64,000 nt of DNA, from positions 2,469,008 to 2,533,007 of the forward strand of contig CM119266.1 in NCBI GenBank assembly GCA_051294375.1, written 5' to 3'. The notes below the pieces were generated by a model, which ran no database searches, had not been told where the DNA came from, and was given only the letters and a program-made list of their open reading frames with translations. Within the stretch, counting starts at the first letter, position 1. The number at the start of each line of letters is the position of its first letter. The position numbers and the translations under genes are program-made. Positions 1-12,625 of this stretch are shown piece after piece. The stretch comes from Paraspadella gotoi. Its lineage: Eukaryota > Animalia > Chaetognatha.

Positions 1-140
1 AAGATTACAATCTCTCAACAACCCTCCGCCTCTAATCAAGCTTTCACGAACACCCAAAATGTAGTAAATAATCTCAACAGGCTCTTTGCCTACGGCTACT
101 GCTCATATCTCCAGCNNNNNNNNNNNNNNNNNNNNNNNNN

Positions 141-237
141 GGGTCGTGATGTTGAAAGTAGTTGTCGAGTCCCGCGCGGTAGGAAGATGGCGATCTCACC
201 GATGCCGAGCGATCACGGCGTCGGTGATGGGCGATGC
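141..237 (-). CDS. Class A (rhodopsin-like) peptide GPCR, second coding exon (TM2/ECL1); partial, runs into an N gap
   Basis: Pyrimidine tract plus CAG acceptor (ttcttcacag|gc) at 238-239. It is phase 1, matching the donor at 9405. Allowing several single-base insertions it reads (G)IAITDAVILGIGEIAIFLPRGLDNYFNITT, giving the TM2 [L/I]AxxD motif. The indels are probably long-read errors. Confidence 0.7.
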
Positions 238-639
238 CTGTGAAGAAAGGGGAAAGGAAGGAGGGGAGTGAGTCGTGAATTAGGAGGGTGTGAAGAGTGA
301 AGTAGGAGAGAGCCGCGGCGTCACCGAGTCGTGGCGTCACGACGATTCAAGTGAGAAAGTAAGATGTAGAAACGAAAAATGAAAAAAAATAGAGAAAATG
401 TAAAAAGAAATAGGGATTCAAATAGATGAAATATTTAAACATAAAGTTAAGACAGCAAACGTGAAAAAAAAAGAATATGAACTAATAAAAATGACAGAGA
501 ATAAAGTACAGTAAACTAGCTAATCGAAAAGATAATAAATAGAAATGTGTAGATTGGGCGGGAAGTGCTATTCGCAACTTCTATAAGTATAACTGTTCGA
601 GGAGCGAGGGAACGGATCCTGCGCTTTCGGGGTTCCTAG

Positions 640-830
640 GTTTTCCATGCGCCCGAGCAAGTTAAAGGCCGTCCACGTACATGCCGCAGGATAGGTGTCA
701 TTGGGGAACGAGCCTGGTACCTCATTGGAAATAAACTGATGTCTTTACTCAATGAACCAGCGGGTCACCACTTAAACAGTTATGCTTTATAGGCGGGGTG
801 AACTTGGCGCAATGCCCGCCTACAAATGAA
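640..830 (-). mobile_element. tRNA-derived SINE family 1 copy (inverted duplicate at ~3365-3565)
   Basis: GTGACCCGCTGGTTCATTGAGTAAAG head shared with the copies at 47739, 51350 and 40910. Confidence 0.6.
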
Positions 831-3570
831 AAGAAAATTGACAAAATAAAAAAAAAATTATTTTCCTTCTGCTCCGCACCGTGAAGATTCACTGGATGTA
901 TGAAGCGAGAAACATCATCAAAAATAAAGTCACTTTTCACGCTGAGAAGAGAAAGAAAGAAAAAGANNNNNNNNNNNNNNNNNNNNNNNNNNNNNNNNNN
1001 NNNNNNNNNNNNNNNNNNNNNNNNNNNNNNNNNNNNNNNNNNNNNNNNNNNNNNNNNNNNNNNNNNNNNNNNNNNNNNNNNNNNNNNNNNNNNNNNNNNN
1101 NNNNNNNNNNNNNNNNNNNNNNNNNNNNNNNNNNNNNNNNNNNNNNNNNNNNNNNNNNNNNNNNNNNNNNNNNNNNNNNNNNNNNNNNNNNNNNNNNNNN
1201 NNNNNNNNNNNNNNNNNNNNNNNNNNNNNNNNNNNNNGGTTAAAGAAAGGAATTGGAGAGAGGGAGAGGGTGACAGGGAAGGAGACCAAAGGGCACGATT
1301 GGTAAGAGCCAAAAGTCTCCGATGAAGAAAAAGAAAAAAAAGGTTGGTTTTTAACGCTGTTGTTGTTGTTGTTAGTGTCGTCGTCAAGGCCTTTGTACAC
1401 CTGAACTCTTGTTGTAAATCAGGACGAGAAAACAGCTGCTCTTAGCGGTCTGTCTCTCTCTCTCTCTCTNNNNNNNNNNNNNNNNNNNNNNNNNNNNNNN
1501 NNNNNNNNNNNNNNNNNNNNNNNNNNNNNNNNNNNNNNNNNNNNNNNNNNNNNNNNNNNNNNNNNNNNNNNNNNNNNNNNNNNNNNNNNNNNNNNNNNNN
1601 NNNNNNNNNNNNNNNNNNNNNNNNNNNNNNNNNNNNNNNNNNNNNNNNNNNNNNNNNNNTCTAATAATCAAGTGTCATCTCTCGATATTAGAACAGGAAA
1701 AGATTACGGTCAAGCTTCTGTCTAGCTCCTTCGTCAAGGGTCCATAAAGTGAGACCTAGCTTCTCCTTTTATTTTTATTAAATACAACGAATAATGGACG
1801 ATTTAAATATAATATTTATATTTTGTAATCTGTATAAATATTTAATATAACGGAGAAACTGAAAGAAGGAAGGCAACGTAAAGATCAGGAAAAGGGAAAA
1901 ACGTTGGAAACAGTTGGTTCTTTTTTTTTTACAAAAACAGCGGAAGCGGAAAGTTTTTTCTTTTGTTCACATTTTTTTTTAACGAAAATCTACTTCTGTT
2001 TATAGAAGGAATGAGAGAGGGGAGAGAGAAGAGAGGAAGGGAGAGAGGGGAGAGGGGAGAGAGGAGAGAAGAAGAGAAAGGGAAGAGAGAGAGAGAGAGA
2101 AGAGGAGAGAAAAGAGGGGGAGAGATGAGAGAGGAGAAGAAGAGGAAGAGAGGAGCAGAGGAGAGAGCGAGAGGGAAAGAGGAGAGGCGAAGGGAGAGAG
2201 AGGAAAAGAGAAGGCGAGAGAAAAGAGGAAAGGGGAGAGAGGAAGAGGGAGAGAGAAGGAGGAGACAACTGAGATTAGGAAGAGAAGAGAGAGGAATGAG
2301 AGGGAAAAGGCAAAGAGGAAAAAGATGAAAGATAAGAATTGAAGTTTTAGTAACACATGAAATAAAAAGGGCAAAGTCAAGGTAAAAAGGCGCAAAAAGG
2401 GAAATTTGACTATTGCTCACACTGAACAAGAAAAAAAAAGAGAGAGAAGAGAAAGAGAGAGAGAGAGAGAGAGAGATGAGAAAGATGAGAGAAGAGAGAG
2501 AGAGGAGAGAGACACGAGAGAGAGATCCGATTCATCTATACATCGTTATCAAAACACATATAGAGAAAGCAAAAAAAGTTAAAATATTAATAGTTATATA
2601 TTAGCTGCTTAATATTACGAACATACAGATTCAAATTGTTAATAATTTTTATAAACTATACATAATATGAAATTGCGTAATATGTTCCTGTTCTATATCG
2701 AAGATGGACACTTGCATTATTAGAGGAAGGATTCGGAGCAATGTCCTTGGTGAACATTTCTGTCGATTGATGATTCTCCATGCTTGGTTTCCCAGGTTCC
2801 CGTAGCAGGAATACAGAGTTCGCCGAGGGTGGCCTCCACCTGCGCAAAAAGTCCTTTGATTTATAAAGTGAACTTTTTTTAAGAGAAGAGTCGAGATGAG
2901 TGAAGAGAGAAAGAAGAGAGGAAAGAGAGAGAGAAGACGAAGAGAGAGAGAGAGACGAGAGAGAGACGAGAGAAGGAGCAGCTGTTTCTCGTTCCTGATT
3001 TACAACCAAAGCTCGCGGTACAAAGGCTTGACACGACACTAACAACAACAACAAAACGTTAAAAACCACCTTTTTTTTTCTTTTTCCTTCTATCGCGACT
3101 TGGGTTCTTACCAATCGTGCCCATTTGCTCTCCTTCCCTGTAACCCTCTCCCTCTCTCTAACCCCGCTTCCCTCTCCTCATCTCAACCCGCCGCTCCCCT
3201 CTTCCTTTCTCACTTTCCCCGCATTTTTGATCTTTCTTCTTTTCTCTTCTCAGCGTGTAAAGTGACTTATTGTTATGATAGTTTCGTGGCTTCGATTACA
3301 TCCAGTGAATCTCACGGGTGCGGAGCAGAAGGAAAATAATTTTTTTATTTTGTCAATTTTCTTTGCATTGTAGGCGGGCATTGCGCCAGTACCCCGCCTA
3401 TAAAGCATAACGTGTTTGAATGCTGCACCCGCGTGGTTCATTGAGTAAAAACATCAGTTTATTCCAAATGAGTACCAGGCCTCGTTCCCCCAAGCACCTA
3501 TCCTGCGGGCATGATACGTGGACAGGCCTTTATACTTGCTCCGGTGCGCATGCGAAACCTAGGCAAAATC
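640..3570. repeat. Inverted duplication: arm ~640-1470 versus arm ~2930-3570
   Basis: 1261-1445 is the reverse complement of ~2975-3150, and 640-960 of ~3235-3565, with many indels. Confidence 0.8.
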
Positions 3571-4204
3571 TCTCTCTTTTNNNNNNNNNNNNNNNNNNNN
3601 NNNNNTTGTAGCTTGTGACTGTAACCATTCGAGATTAATTTTTAAAGTCATTTAATGTCATTTCACCGTTTTTAATGCCATTAATTTATCATTAATTATA
3701 ATTACATAATTGTACAAAAAACAATGTAACAATGTAACAATGTAACATTGTACAAGGCACATTTCGCCTTGTTTTCCCTGGGGCTCGTTTTCCTTTCGCG
3801 TTTGCCTCATTTTCCACAGTGAATTATGTGCACGTACATTTTTAGAAGTCGTAAAATCTAAGGAGAGAAACCATTATAACCAGAACAGTGATTTTCAATG
3901 GGAGAAAAACGGCGAAAAACAAATAACAACAACAACAACAACATCACAGAAAACTGTGGCCGAGTTCAGAGCGGAGAACAAGGAAATATTATTAAATGTA
4001 ACTAAAAATAATTTGGTCCGTCGGTAACTTATAAAATACTAAAATTCTAAAAAAAAAAAAATTCGAAAAACCACAGCTACATCTAAACGAAAATTTAAAT
4101 TGAATTAAAAAAAAACTTGATATATATAAATTAATCCCGCAAAAACGCGGAAAGAGACATAAAACGAAGGAAAGGGTGTNNNNNNNNNNNNNNNNNNNNN
4201 NNNN

Positions 4205-4731
4205 TGTTTTTAAGACGTTGTTAATTCAAACCACCTTCTCCACGATGTCTCGCTGTGAGGATAAAGTTTGCACCCGTTGTAACGAGCACGTGATAAAATT
4301 GTGAGTCATTCGCTATTCTGTAATCGAGGTTTAATGTTGGGAATTAATATATTTACTCTTCTATAGATAAATTCCGAGAATTTTGGGAAGACTCATTCGA
4401 ATATGGGAGGAGTAGCTCTTTAGCTCCTTAGGCGACTTAGTATTAAATGCAGAAAAAGTTTTTTTTTGATTAAAAAGAAATTAATCACATTTTTTGGGGC
4501 ATTTTAATTTGAGACGAAAGACTTTTAAACGTAAGAGACAAAGTGTGCAGAGATGCCGTCCCGTAAGTGTAACATATGTTATTGTTATATGTATATGTTA
4601 TATGACTATGTTAATTATCTTGTTAAGTGTTGAATGGAGGCCTTAAACCACCAAAGCTGTCCAAAGTCAGGGCAAGATAGCTTATTTATTAAATGATGGC
4701 TAATTTTTATATTGGTTGTAGCCAATTTCAT
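4205..4731 (+). mobile_element. 3' end of a LINE-like (CR1/L2/Crack-type) element; partial second copy at 8753-9146
   Basis: Degenerate EDKVCTRCNEHVI...HSLFC reading (CxxC..H..C-like ORF2 C-terminus) followed by an AT-rich tail ending TTGGTTGTACCAATTTCAT. 4328-4731 is directly repeated at 8753-9146. Confidence 0.5.
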
Positions 4732-5235
4732 AAAAATTCATGCTTCTTGTTTTTGATGCTAGTGCGGGAGTACAATATAGTATTCCCCGATTAATACTTA
4801 AGGGAGTGGTTCTTGTTCATACCAACTTGAAACATTCTTTGAAATATTATACGCACTTCATTGATAAGGGAAGCCAGGTTTCACTGGGAGTGAATAATAA
4901 GACTGTGAGAGAGTCTTGATTGAAAGCTTGCAAAAACTGCTATGTTATTATCTTGTAAGTGTGATGGAGGCCTTAAACCACCAAAGCCTGTCAAAAGTAG
5001 GGACAAGATAGCTTATTTATTAAATGAATGGATATTTTTATATTGTTGTACCAATTTCATAAAATTCAGCTCCTTGTATTTTGATGGCTAGTGGCGGGAG
5101 TAGCAATTAGTATCCCCCGATCTAATACTTAAGGGAGTGGTCGCTTTTCATACAATTGAAACGTTCTTTGAAATATTATACACTTCATTGATTAGGGAAG
5201 TCCAGGTTCACTGGGAGTGAATAAATAAGAATTGT
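4605..5235 (+). repeat. Two degenerate tandem copies of the ~323-bp unit
   Basis: GGAGGCCTTAAACCACCAAAGCC...GGGAGTGAATAAA occurs twice; same unit as 56811-58592. Confidence 0.85.
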
Positions 5236-5240
5236 GAGTG

Positions 5241-8200
5241 TGGAAAGTTGCTATAAACTATTTTATGCTCATCTCAAATAGTTCGTCAGCGTAAGCATCC
5301 ACAATATATCATAAACCTTGTTATTGACTAATTGACATAGGACATGATAGACGCTGGTATCATTTGTAACATAGGCGATACATAATAGAATTAGAAGAAG
5401 AAGAAGAAGTAGAGAAGCTTTAACTGTAAAACAAATATAACCTTTTAAATACTTTAACCATTTGAACAAATATACATGTTCAAATACAAATACCTGGCTA
5501 TAGAATCCAAAGAGATAAAATTCCATCTTTAAAAGGCATAAAATATTAGGCAATGTTTTAGCAAGAGTTTTTTCGAGACTGAGACTAAATTGTGACTGAC
5601 TAAAAACATTGTGGAGAATCAAAAATAGGCAGGGCAGAAACATCTGAGTATTCTATGAGTTCAGTCCACGGAGATGTTTACGGAAATCTGCTTACGGTAG
5701 TGTTCGGGAAACAAAAGACAACTATTAAATTATACCAATAAGATATGTCTTTTAAAACATAAGAAATAACTATAAATAATTCTACATTAACCCGCCTCCA
5801 GAACTTGACAAAGGTAATGTTTTGACTCACAAATAAATAAATAAAAATCTCGTTCATTAAGAAATAAAATTAAACATTGAAACGATGCAAAGCAAAGCAA
5901 ATCGTTACGCTACGTCAAGGAAAATTTAATAAAAAATGAATTAACAAAACTACGAGTTTTGTAAAACAAACGGAATCAGACATGAAACGCATTTATCTAC
6001 TAAATTTATTTATAAGCCAAGTTTATGACTAAGCAACAGACATAGCTACAGAGTTAATTTTTGTTTGGTTTACTTTTTAAATTTTTTTATATAGCGTTTT
6101 TCTCAAAATTATTATAAAAATGGAAACTTACTTAATTAACGAATGTTAATTAAAACTAGCAGAACAAACAATAATCGACAGAAATACTACTTTTTCTTTT
6201 CGGGGAATTCTACGTGAAGCGCTCGGGTTTTGGGATGAGGAATTTTTTTCAGAATGCAGCGCGCCCCGCCGTTTTAAGGTTTCGGCGCCGTAATTGGCGA
6301 TGAGGGTTGGTCCACGATTAAAGGGAGAGTGAATCGCCCTCAGTAACTTGAAACGGATTGCGGCTCGTCGTCGACCAAAGAGACAGATTTTTTGACGGAG
6401 CGAATTTTCTTCAGATTCCGACCGCCTCTAGTAATACAACTTTGACGGCACGCTTCCGCTTCGAATTCACGGCGCGCCGATTTTCCACGCGAAGGCGCCG
6501 GCACGAATGGCGCGTATGAGTCGCGGGAAAAGGTTGCAATGACGACGCCGAGGGGCGCACTCGTCTCTTGGAGTGATTTCTGAGGAAAGAAGGACTAAAT
6601 CACCAAGTTGAAAATTGCGTTGAGGTTTTAAAGGCATTTTGACGAGCTTTGCAACATCGTAATATATTCTTTGATCCAACCGCTTCCATAAATGAATCAG
6701 CCAGATGTTGAGTTGGTGCCAAATCGCCGAGATTATTGGCCATCTGCAATCTAAAAGGACTGAGGGAACAATATGGAAATGTAGACATAGTGGGGCCGTT
6801 CCAGGTGAAACCAAAACACGAAGGGGTAATTGCTTGTAAATCGTTTACAATCGTTTGATACGCGAGTCAATGGCCTTTGGTTAACAATACCTTTTTAGCA
6901 ATTAAGCGACAAGGGTTCAAATTACACATCTGATGGGACAAGCTGAATCGAAATATCGACTTTAAGACACGTTTTTAAACTGAGCGGAAAGGCCGCTCCC
7001 GAATGCCGCCAAAATGAGGGGCCGCTGGGGGTTAAAAGACCAATTTATACCTTTGCTGTTAAGACATGGAGAATTCTTTCATTCCACTCTTGACACCGTT
7101 TCTGAAGCTCTTTTATCAGCCTGACGCTAAACATTGTACCACTCTGTCAGACAGCATTTGCTGCACTCTTGGGCGACGGGAAGCAGAATTAAGTAAGCAA
7201 ATTACTGAAAGCAGAAGTTGATAAGTCACAAGCGACTTCAAGGTGAAATCGCACCGCATTTTTAAGGCATGTAAATAAAAGATATATGCGTTTGCGCATT
7301 GCGCGGCCGACTTTTACAAAAAATGAGACCCATGAAATCAACCGCTTTACATTCAAAGGGATAAGAAGGAGACAAACGGTATGAGGGATTGAACCCAGTT
7401 TTCTGTGGCTTTGGTTTGGAAAAGAGACGTAAGACATTTAAACATTTTCCAAATTCAGACTTAATAAAAGCTCGGCCTTTTTAATATCCAAATATTTTTC
7501 TCTCAAATATGGATGAACCTGTTCAACGCAGCAGTGCCCATCTCCTCAGAGTGAACGTGGACGAACAAGAGTTTTGTGACATGATGGCGGGGAGAAGAAT
7601 CGGGTGCTTCGACATCAAAGGGAAGTTCGGATTGGCGTAGTCGACCTTCCGACGCGAAGTAGATTTCTGAATGAAAGGATCCCCAGTTGGCGGCGTATAT
7701 CGCTTCTTTCTTTTGCAAACCTACGCTTTTCGGGATCACGGGAGTAACCTTACCAAAAACTTTAATTTTAAAAAGATTAAATCTGCGTCAGAAAAATAAT
7801 GTTTTTGTAAGAACTGAATTAAGACAATTCTCTGCTAATGCCACTCATTATGGTTATGGTTCCTTGTGACTAAATTAATTTCCCTTTTCTAATTTAGAAA
7901 TACAAATGACTTAAACCTTAAAAAGACCAACAGACAGCTTTTAAAGCTTATCCATGAAGAATAACGTTGGGAATAAGTCCTTCAAAAAATTCAAATCAAT
8001 CTGCCTTACTTCGGTCTGCGGAGAATCTCGACGTTTTCCGTCGTTTTTTATCCTGAAAGATATTTTCTGGCCAATGAGTAGGATCTTGGCCATAAGAGCT
8101 TGGTCCCTTGAAGGAAAAACGTTCCCATGAATCTTCATCGCCGGCGCACGAACCCCGGCGGCTGCAGAGATCGGCTGGATTCAAAGCTGTTGGACCATGA

Positions 8201-8750
8201 GCCATTGTGAGGGAGAGGAAACAGCATGAATCTTTGCTTATTCTATTGAAACAACGGTTTTGGTCGTGTTGTGCGATTATTAGATCTGTCGCAAGACACA
8301 AGATGACATCAACCCAGAAAGTGATTTCGTCCGGTTGAAAATCGCAATTCACGAGTAAGAAACTTGTGCATATCTTATGATACACGCTGCAGTTAATTCA
8401 AGTCTAGGAACTGGAACCATGTAATTTGAAGTTGAAACACTGTTTGAGAGGGGCAACACGGTGTGCTTTTTGACATAAGAAGACCGAGACATGGGATTTT
8501 GCCCACCTATCACAAAACCTGATATAATGCAGTAGAACGATACCTGAGCTGCTTGCATCGGAAAAGTAGTGCAATTGAATTTTAATATTTACACTTTAGA
8601 GTTTTATCATTAGCATAAACGGGAAATTTTAAAATCCTCTATCGTGTGGTAATGAATTTTGCAATTCATCTAAAACGGTTAACCTGATCATGTGAATGAT
8701 GTCGTCGCAAGTTAATCCAGAGGCACAATACTGTGCTGATTAAAATTTTT
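5241..8750 (-). mobile_element. BEL/Pao LTR retrotransposon, 5'-truncated and degenerate (RNase H, integrase, DUF5641-like region, putative 3' LTR 5241-5786)
   Basis: Frameshifted pol motifs VPRLELTAA, FWVD, NPADLCSR, EGRLRQSELPF, RHHVTKL, LADSF..., FQLGDLVLL. A purine tract (GGAGGCGGG) precedes TGTAGA at 5786. Homology with the second copy stops at TTCCA (5241). Confidence 0.85.
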
Positions 8751-9404
8751 GCGGTTTAATGTTGGGAATTAAATATATTACTCTTCTATAGATAAATTCG
8801 AGAATTTGGAAGGACTCATTCGATATGGGAGGAGTAGCTCCTTAGCTCCTTAGCGACTTAGTATTAAATGCAGAAAAAAGTTTTTTTTGTGATTAAAAAG
8901 AAATTATCACATTTTGGGGCATTTTATTTGAGACGAAAGACTTTTAAACGTAGAGACAAAGTGTGAGAGATGCCGTCCCGTAAGTGTAACATATGTTATT
9001 GTTATATGTATATGTTATATGCTATGTTATTATCTTGTAAGTGTGATGGAGGCCTTAAACCACCAAAGCCTGTCCAAAGTCAGGGACAAGATAGCTTATT
9101 TATTAAATGAATGGATAATTTTTATATTGGTTGTACCAATTTCATATAAGTATTGGATATAACGTATTCCGCATCAAAAGTATTGCTTCACATTGCATCA
9201 CATCCCATCACATCTTAACCCATCATGTAACGTCTCATCTTCCAACTTATCACTTCTCATCACACTCATCACGTCACTTTACTATCACCTAACTTATTAT
9301 TCCATCATCTCACGTCCTATCACTTCCCATCCGAACACTTCACGGGCAATCGGATGAGATCTCACGATGTCATTATCACTATCACTATCACTATCACTCC
9401 TCAC

Positions 9405-9615
9405 CGATGATATAAAGCGTGACGGACGTCCTGGGATGCATCGAGAATAAAACGACGAGAGTCAAGACGTTGCCGATGAATCCGGCGCCGTTGACGACGC
9501 CGCCGATGACGCCGTAGACGACGAATTGGAAAGGATCGCGATGATCCGTCGACGACAACGACGACGACGATAACGACGACGTCAGATTCTCGCCGACCGA
9601 GAGTTCGGGATCCAT
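9405..9615 (-). CDS. Class A peptide GPCR (FMRFamide/peptide-receptor-like), first coding exon (N-terminus, TM1, ICL1)
   Basis: MDPELSVGENLTSS...FQFVVYGVIGGVVNGAGFIGNVLTLVVLFSMHPRTSVTLYII. It has an N-glycosylation sequon (NLT), the TM1 GNxLT motif, and a phase-1 GTGAGG donor at 9404. Confidence 0.85.
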
Positions 9616-10354
9616 TGTTTATGTTTTATTTTTAAGGGGGGAGATAAAGGAGGAACTTGCTTTGTTTATTTTTTAAAGTTTTCTTTTTATTGTTTTTTGT
9701 TTAAAAGGATCGAAATTACGACGAGGCCGTGAGATACTATTGACGCCCGCAGATGAATCCGGATCTGTTTAGATGCATTGTTTATTTTTCGGAGGAAATA
9801 ACTGGGTCGAGGGGGGGGGAATTGAAAGAGTCTTTTGTTTATGTTTATTGTTTACGAGGATGGAAGAGACGATGTGAAGATCGAGACTCGGGGATCGTCG
9901 TCATCGTCCTCATTTTTTTGTCTTTTCGTTTATATTTTCGCTTCCAACTTTCGGCGTCGATCGGAGACGAATCAAAGATGACGGCCGCTCCGAAGCCACC
10001 GCTTCCTGGCGTCCGCTTCTTGGCGTTCGCTCCTAGACGTTCGTTCCAAGACCTCCGCCCCTGGGCGTCCGCTCCTCGTCCTTCTCGTTTTACGATGCGC
10101 AGTTAATTCACATCTCGTTTCACATTCGCCTGTGAGTCTGGTATTTCACTGTTGAAAAAAGTTAAATTAAATTAAAGTCATACTCTCTCTCGCTCTCTCG
10201 CTCTCTCGCTCTCTCTCACTCTCTATCTCTCTCTCTCTCCGTTTCTCGTGCCATTGCCAGCTTCTCAACCCCCTCTGCCCGTCCGGCGCAACGAAGCCAA
10301 GACGCGATAATTAAACTGCGCCGGTGAGACTCTTTTTCTTCGCACAGGCGAATG

Positions 10355-11075
10355 CTCCGGTCTTGGGACGATCGCCGCTTAAAATCGCGCACAATACTCT
10401 CGCATCGGTCTTTGGACGCGACCCTCGCCGCCTTAAAATCGCCACAAATCTCTCGCGTTCTTTGACGATGCGCGCGGCTTAAAAATCGCCACAAATTCTC
10501 TCGGTCTTGGGACGATCGCCGCTTAAAATCGCCACAACAAATCTCTTCGTCTTTGGCGACGATCGCGCTTAAAATCGCCACAAATCTCTCGGTCTTGTGG
10601 ACGATCGCCGCTTGGCTTATGCACAATATGCCACAATCTCTCGGTACGTTTGACGATCGCCGCTTAAAAAACATCGCCACAAATCTCTCGGTCTTATCGG
10701 GACGATCGCCGCTTAAAATCGCACAACATAATCTCTCGGTCTTTGGACGATCGCCGCTTAAAATCGCCACAATCTCTCGGTCTTTGACGATCGCCCGCTT
10801 TAAAATCGGCCACAAATCTCTCGGTCTTTGGACGATCGCCGGTTAAAATCGCCAAATCTCTCGTCTTGGGGACGATCGCCGCTTAAAATCGCCCACAAAT
10901 CTCTTCGAGTCTGGGACGATCGCCGCTTTAAAATCGCCACAAATCTCTCGGTCTTGGAGAGATTGCCGTTAAAATCGAGCACAATCTCTCGCGTCTTGGA
11001 GACGATGCGCGCTTAAAATCGCCAACAAATCTCTCGGTCTTGGGACGATCGCCGCTTAAAACTCGCCATAAATCG
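10355..11075 (+). repeat. ~41-bp minisatellite array (GATCGCCGCTTAAAATCGCCACAAATCTCTCGGTCTTGGAC)n
   Basis: Head-to-tail copies with no unique spacers. Confidence 0.95.
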
Positions 11076-11388
11076 CCCGCATAATATTCGCCTTTAAGTT
11101 CGTCTTCGAATCGCCCTTTATCTCTTTCGGCTTTACGACGCATCGCCCTAAAATTGAGTCCAGCTCTGGAACGATTACGTTCTTTGACTCAGCGTTAAGC
11201 GTTGACTCCCATCTGAGCTGCGCTCAATGGCGCCCGAGTCGTTGCCATAGAAACCGAAATAGTTTTTTTTTCCTTCCTGTCTGGCATAAACGTCCGAAAC
11301 GTCTCTGACTTCTAAACTCTTTGTCTTTTTTTTTCTGGAGGGAAAAATAAAAGTTGCGGTCGTTAAAGGGGAAGCAGATTGGAGAGAG

Positions 11389-11461
<73 letters not shown>

Positions 11462-12224
11462 GAAGAGAGAAACGGGCCAAAGAGCATATTCTCAACTGAC
11501 GAAAAGAACCATTAAAGTTTTCAAATGGTCAGCAGGAAACGAATTATGACCCCAGACTAAAAACATCCATTTTCAACCAAGAAACAAGCAAAAAATAATT
11601 TTAAACAATAAAAGAACAAAGAAGGGAAACGTCGACAAGCGGGAAATATTGTCTATTTTGACCAAAAAAAACGACTACTTCGATCTTTTTCGCTTCCCCT
11701 CCCACATCTCCCTGTTGCTGCAGCACTTTCCTTCTCCTCCTCCTTGCCTCATCACTCCTCCTCCCTTCCCTCCTCTCCTCGCCCCTCTCCTCCTCCTCCC
11801 ACCCTCCTCTCCCCCTCCTCGCTCGCCCCCGCGCCTCTCTCTCAGTCTCTATCGTCCGGGCTCTGTCATCGCATCATCGCCGTCACTCGTCTCTCTCGTT
11901 TCGTCGTCATCATCTCTCTCTCTCTGTCCCTTTCTTGTTCTTATTTACTTTGTTTTCTCTCAAAAAACTCCTCTCTTTATATGCCCACTTTTTTTCTTAC
12001 CACAATTTCTCTCTCTTTTTCTCCCTCCTTTTTATACAGTCACAAGACAATCTTTCTTCTTTCTCTCACCACAATGTCTTCTTTCTTCACTCTTTTCACG
12101 TTTGCTCACAATTTCTCCCCCACTCTCCACAATCTTCTCGATCATCTTTTCTCTCTATCAATCTCTCTATCTCTTTTCCCTCTTCTTGTCTAATCGGCTN
12201 NNNNNNNNNNNNNNNNNNNNNNNN

Positions 12225-12625
12225 AGCAACTCTATAAGTCACTTTTCGGTCCGTTCGGGTAGTGTCCCAGTCCGTCTGTCTCCATATATCGTATATGTAT
12301 ATCTACTATATATGTATTACGTCTATGCAATACATATCGTGGCACCCCATCCCGCATGCTCATCAGCTTCGTTTTTCAAGGCACAGCAAAAAAAAACTCT
12401 CAAATCTAAGAAACTGCTAGCGAAAATAAAATAAAACTAAAAGGAATAAAGACGAAATTTGATGCAGTGGATGTAAAATACATCGGGTTCTTCCAAGAAA
12501 GGTTAATAACGTATTCAATAATACTTACTATTCATTGGTTCAGCCAGAGGCGTCATGATGAATTACACATGATAAGCGCAGTCACTTCGGCGACCACACA
12601 ATTCGACATTACCGCTTCTCCTGTT
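12225..12625 (+). mobile_element. Helentron-associated (HINE/DINE-1-like) non-autonomous element
   Basis: AGCAACTCTATAAGTCACTTTTCGG, then GTCY-type repeats, then GATAAG(G)CAGTCAC...; same family as 20510-20870, 49419-49777 and 58695-59030. Confidence 0.55.

Noticed and set aside
1929-2604. Long Leu/Ser- or Glu/Arg-rich ORFs here and throughout (11.6-13.3, 15-17.8, 26, 30, 42 kb)
   Set aside because: These are translations of (AG)n/(CT)n low-complexity DNA.
4328-4731. Direct repeats 4328-4731/8753-9146 as the Pao LTRs
   Set aside because: They lack TG...CA termini, are absent from the second Pao copy, and gag/RT are missing between them.
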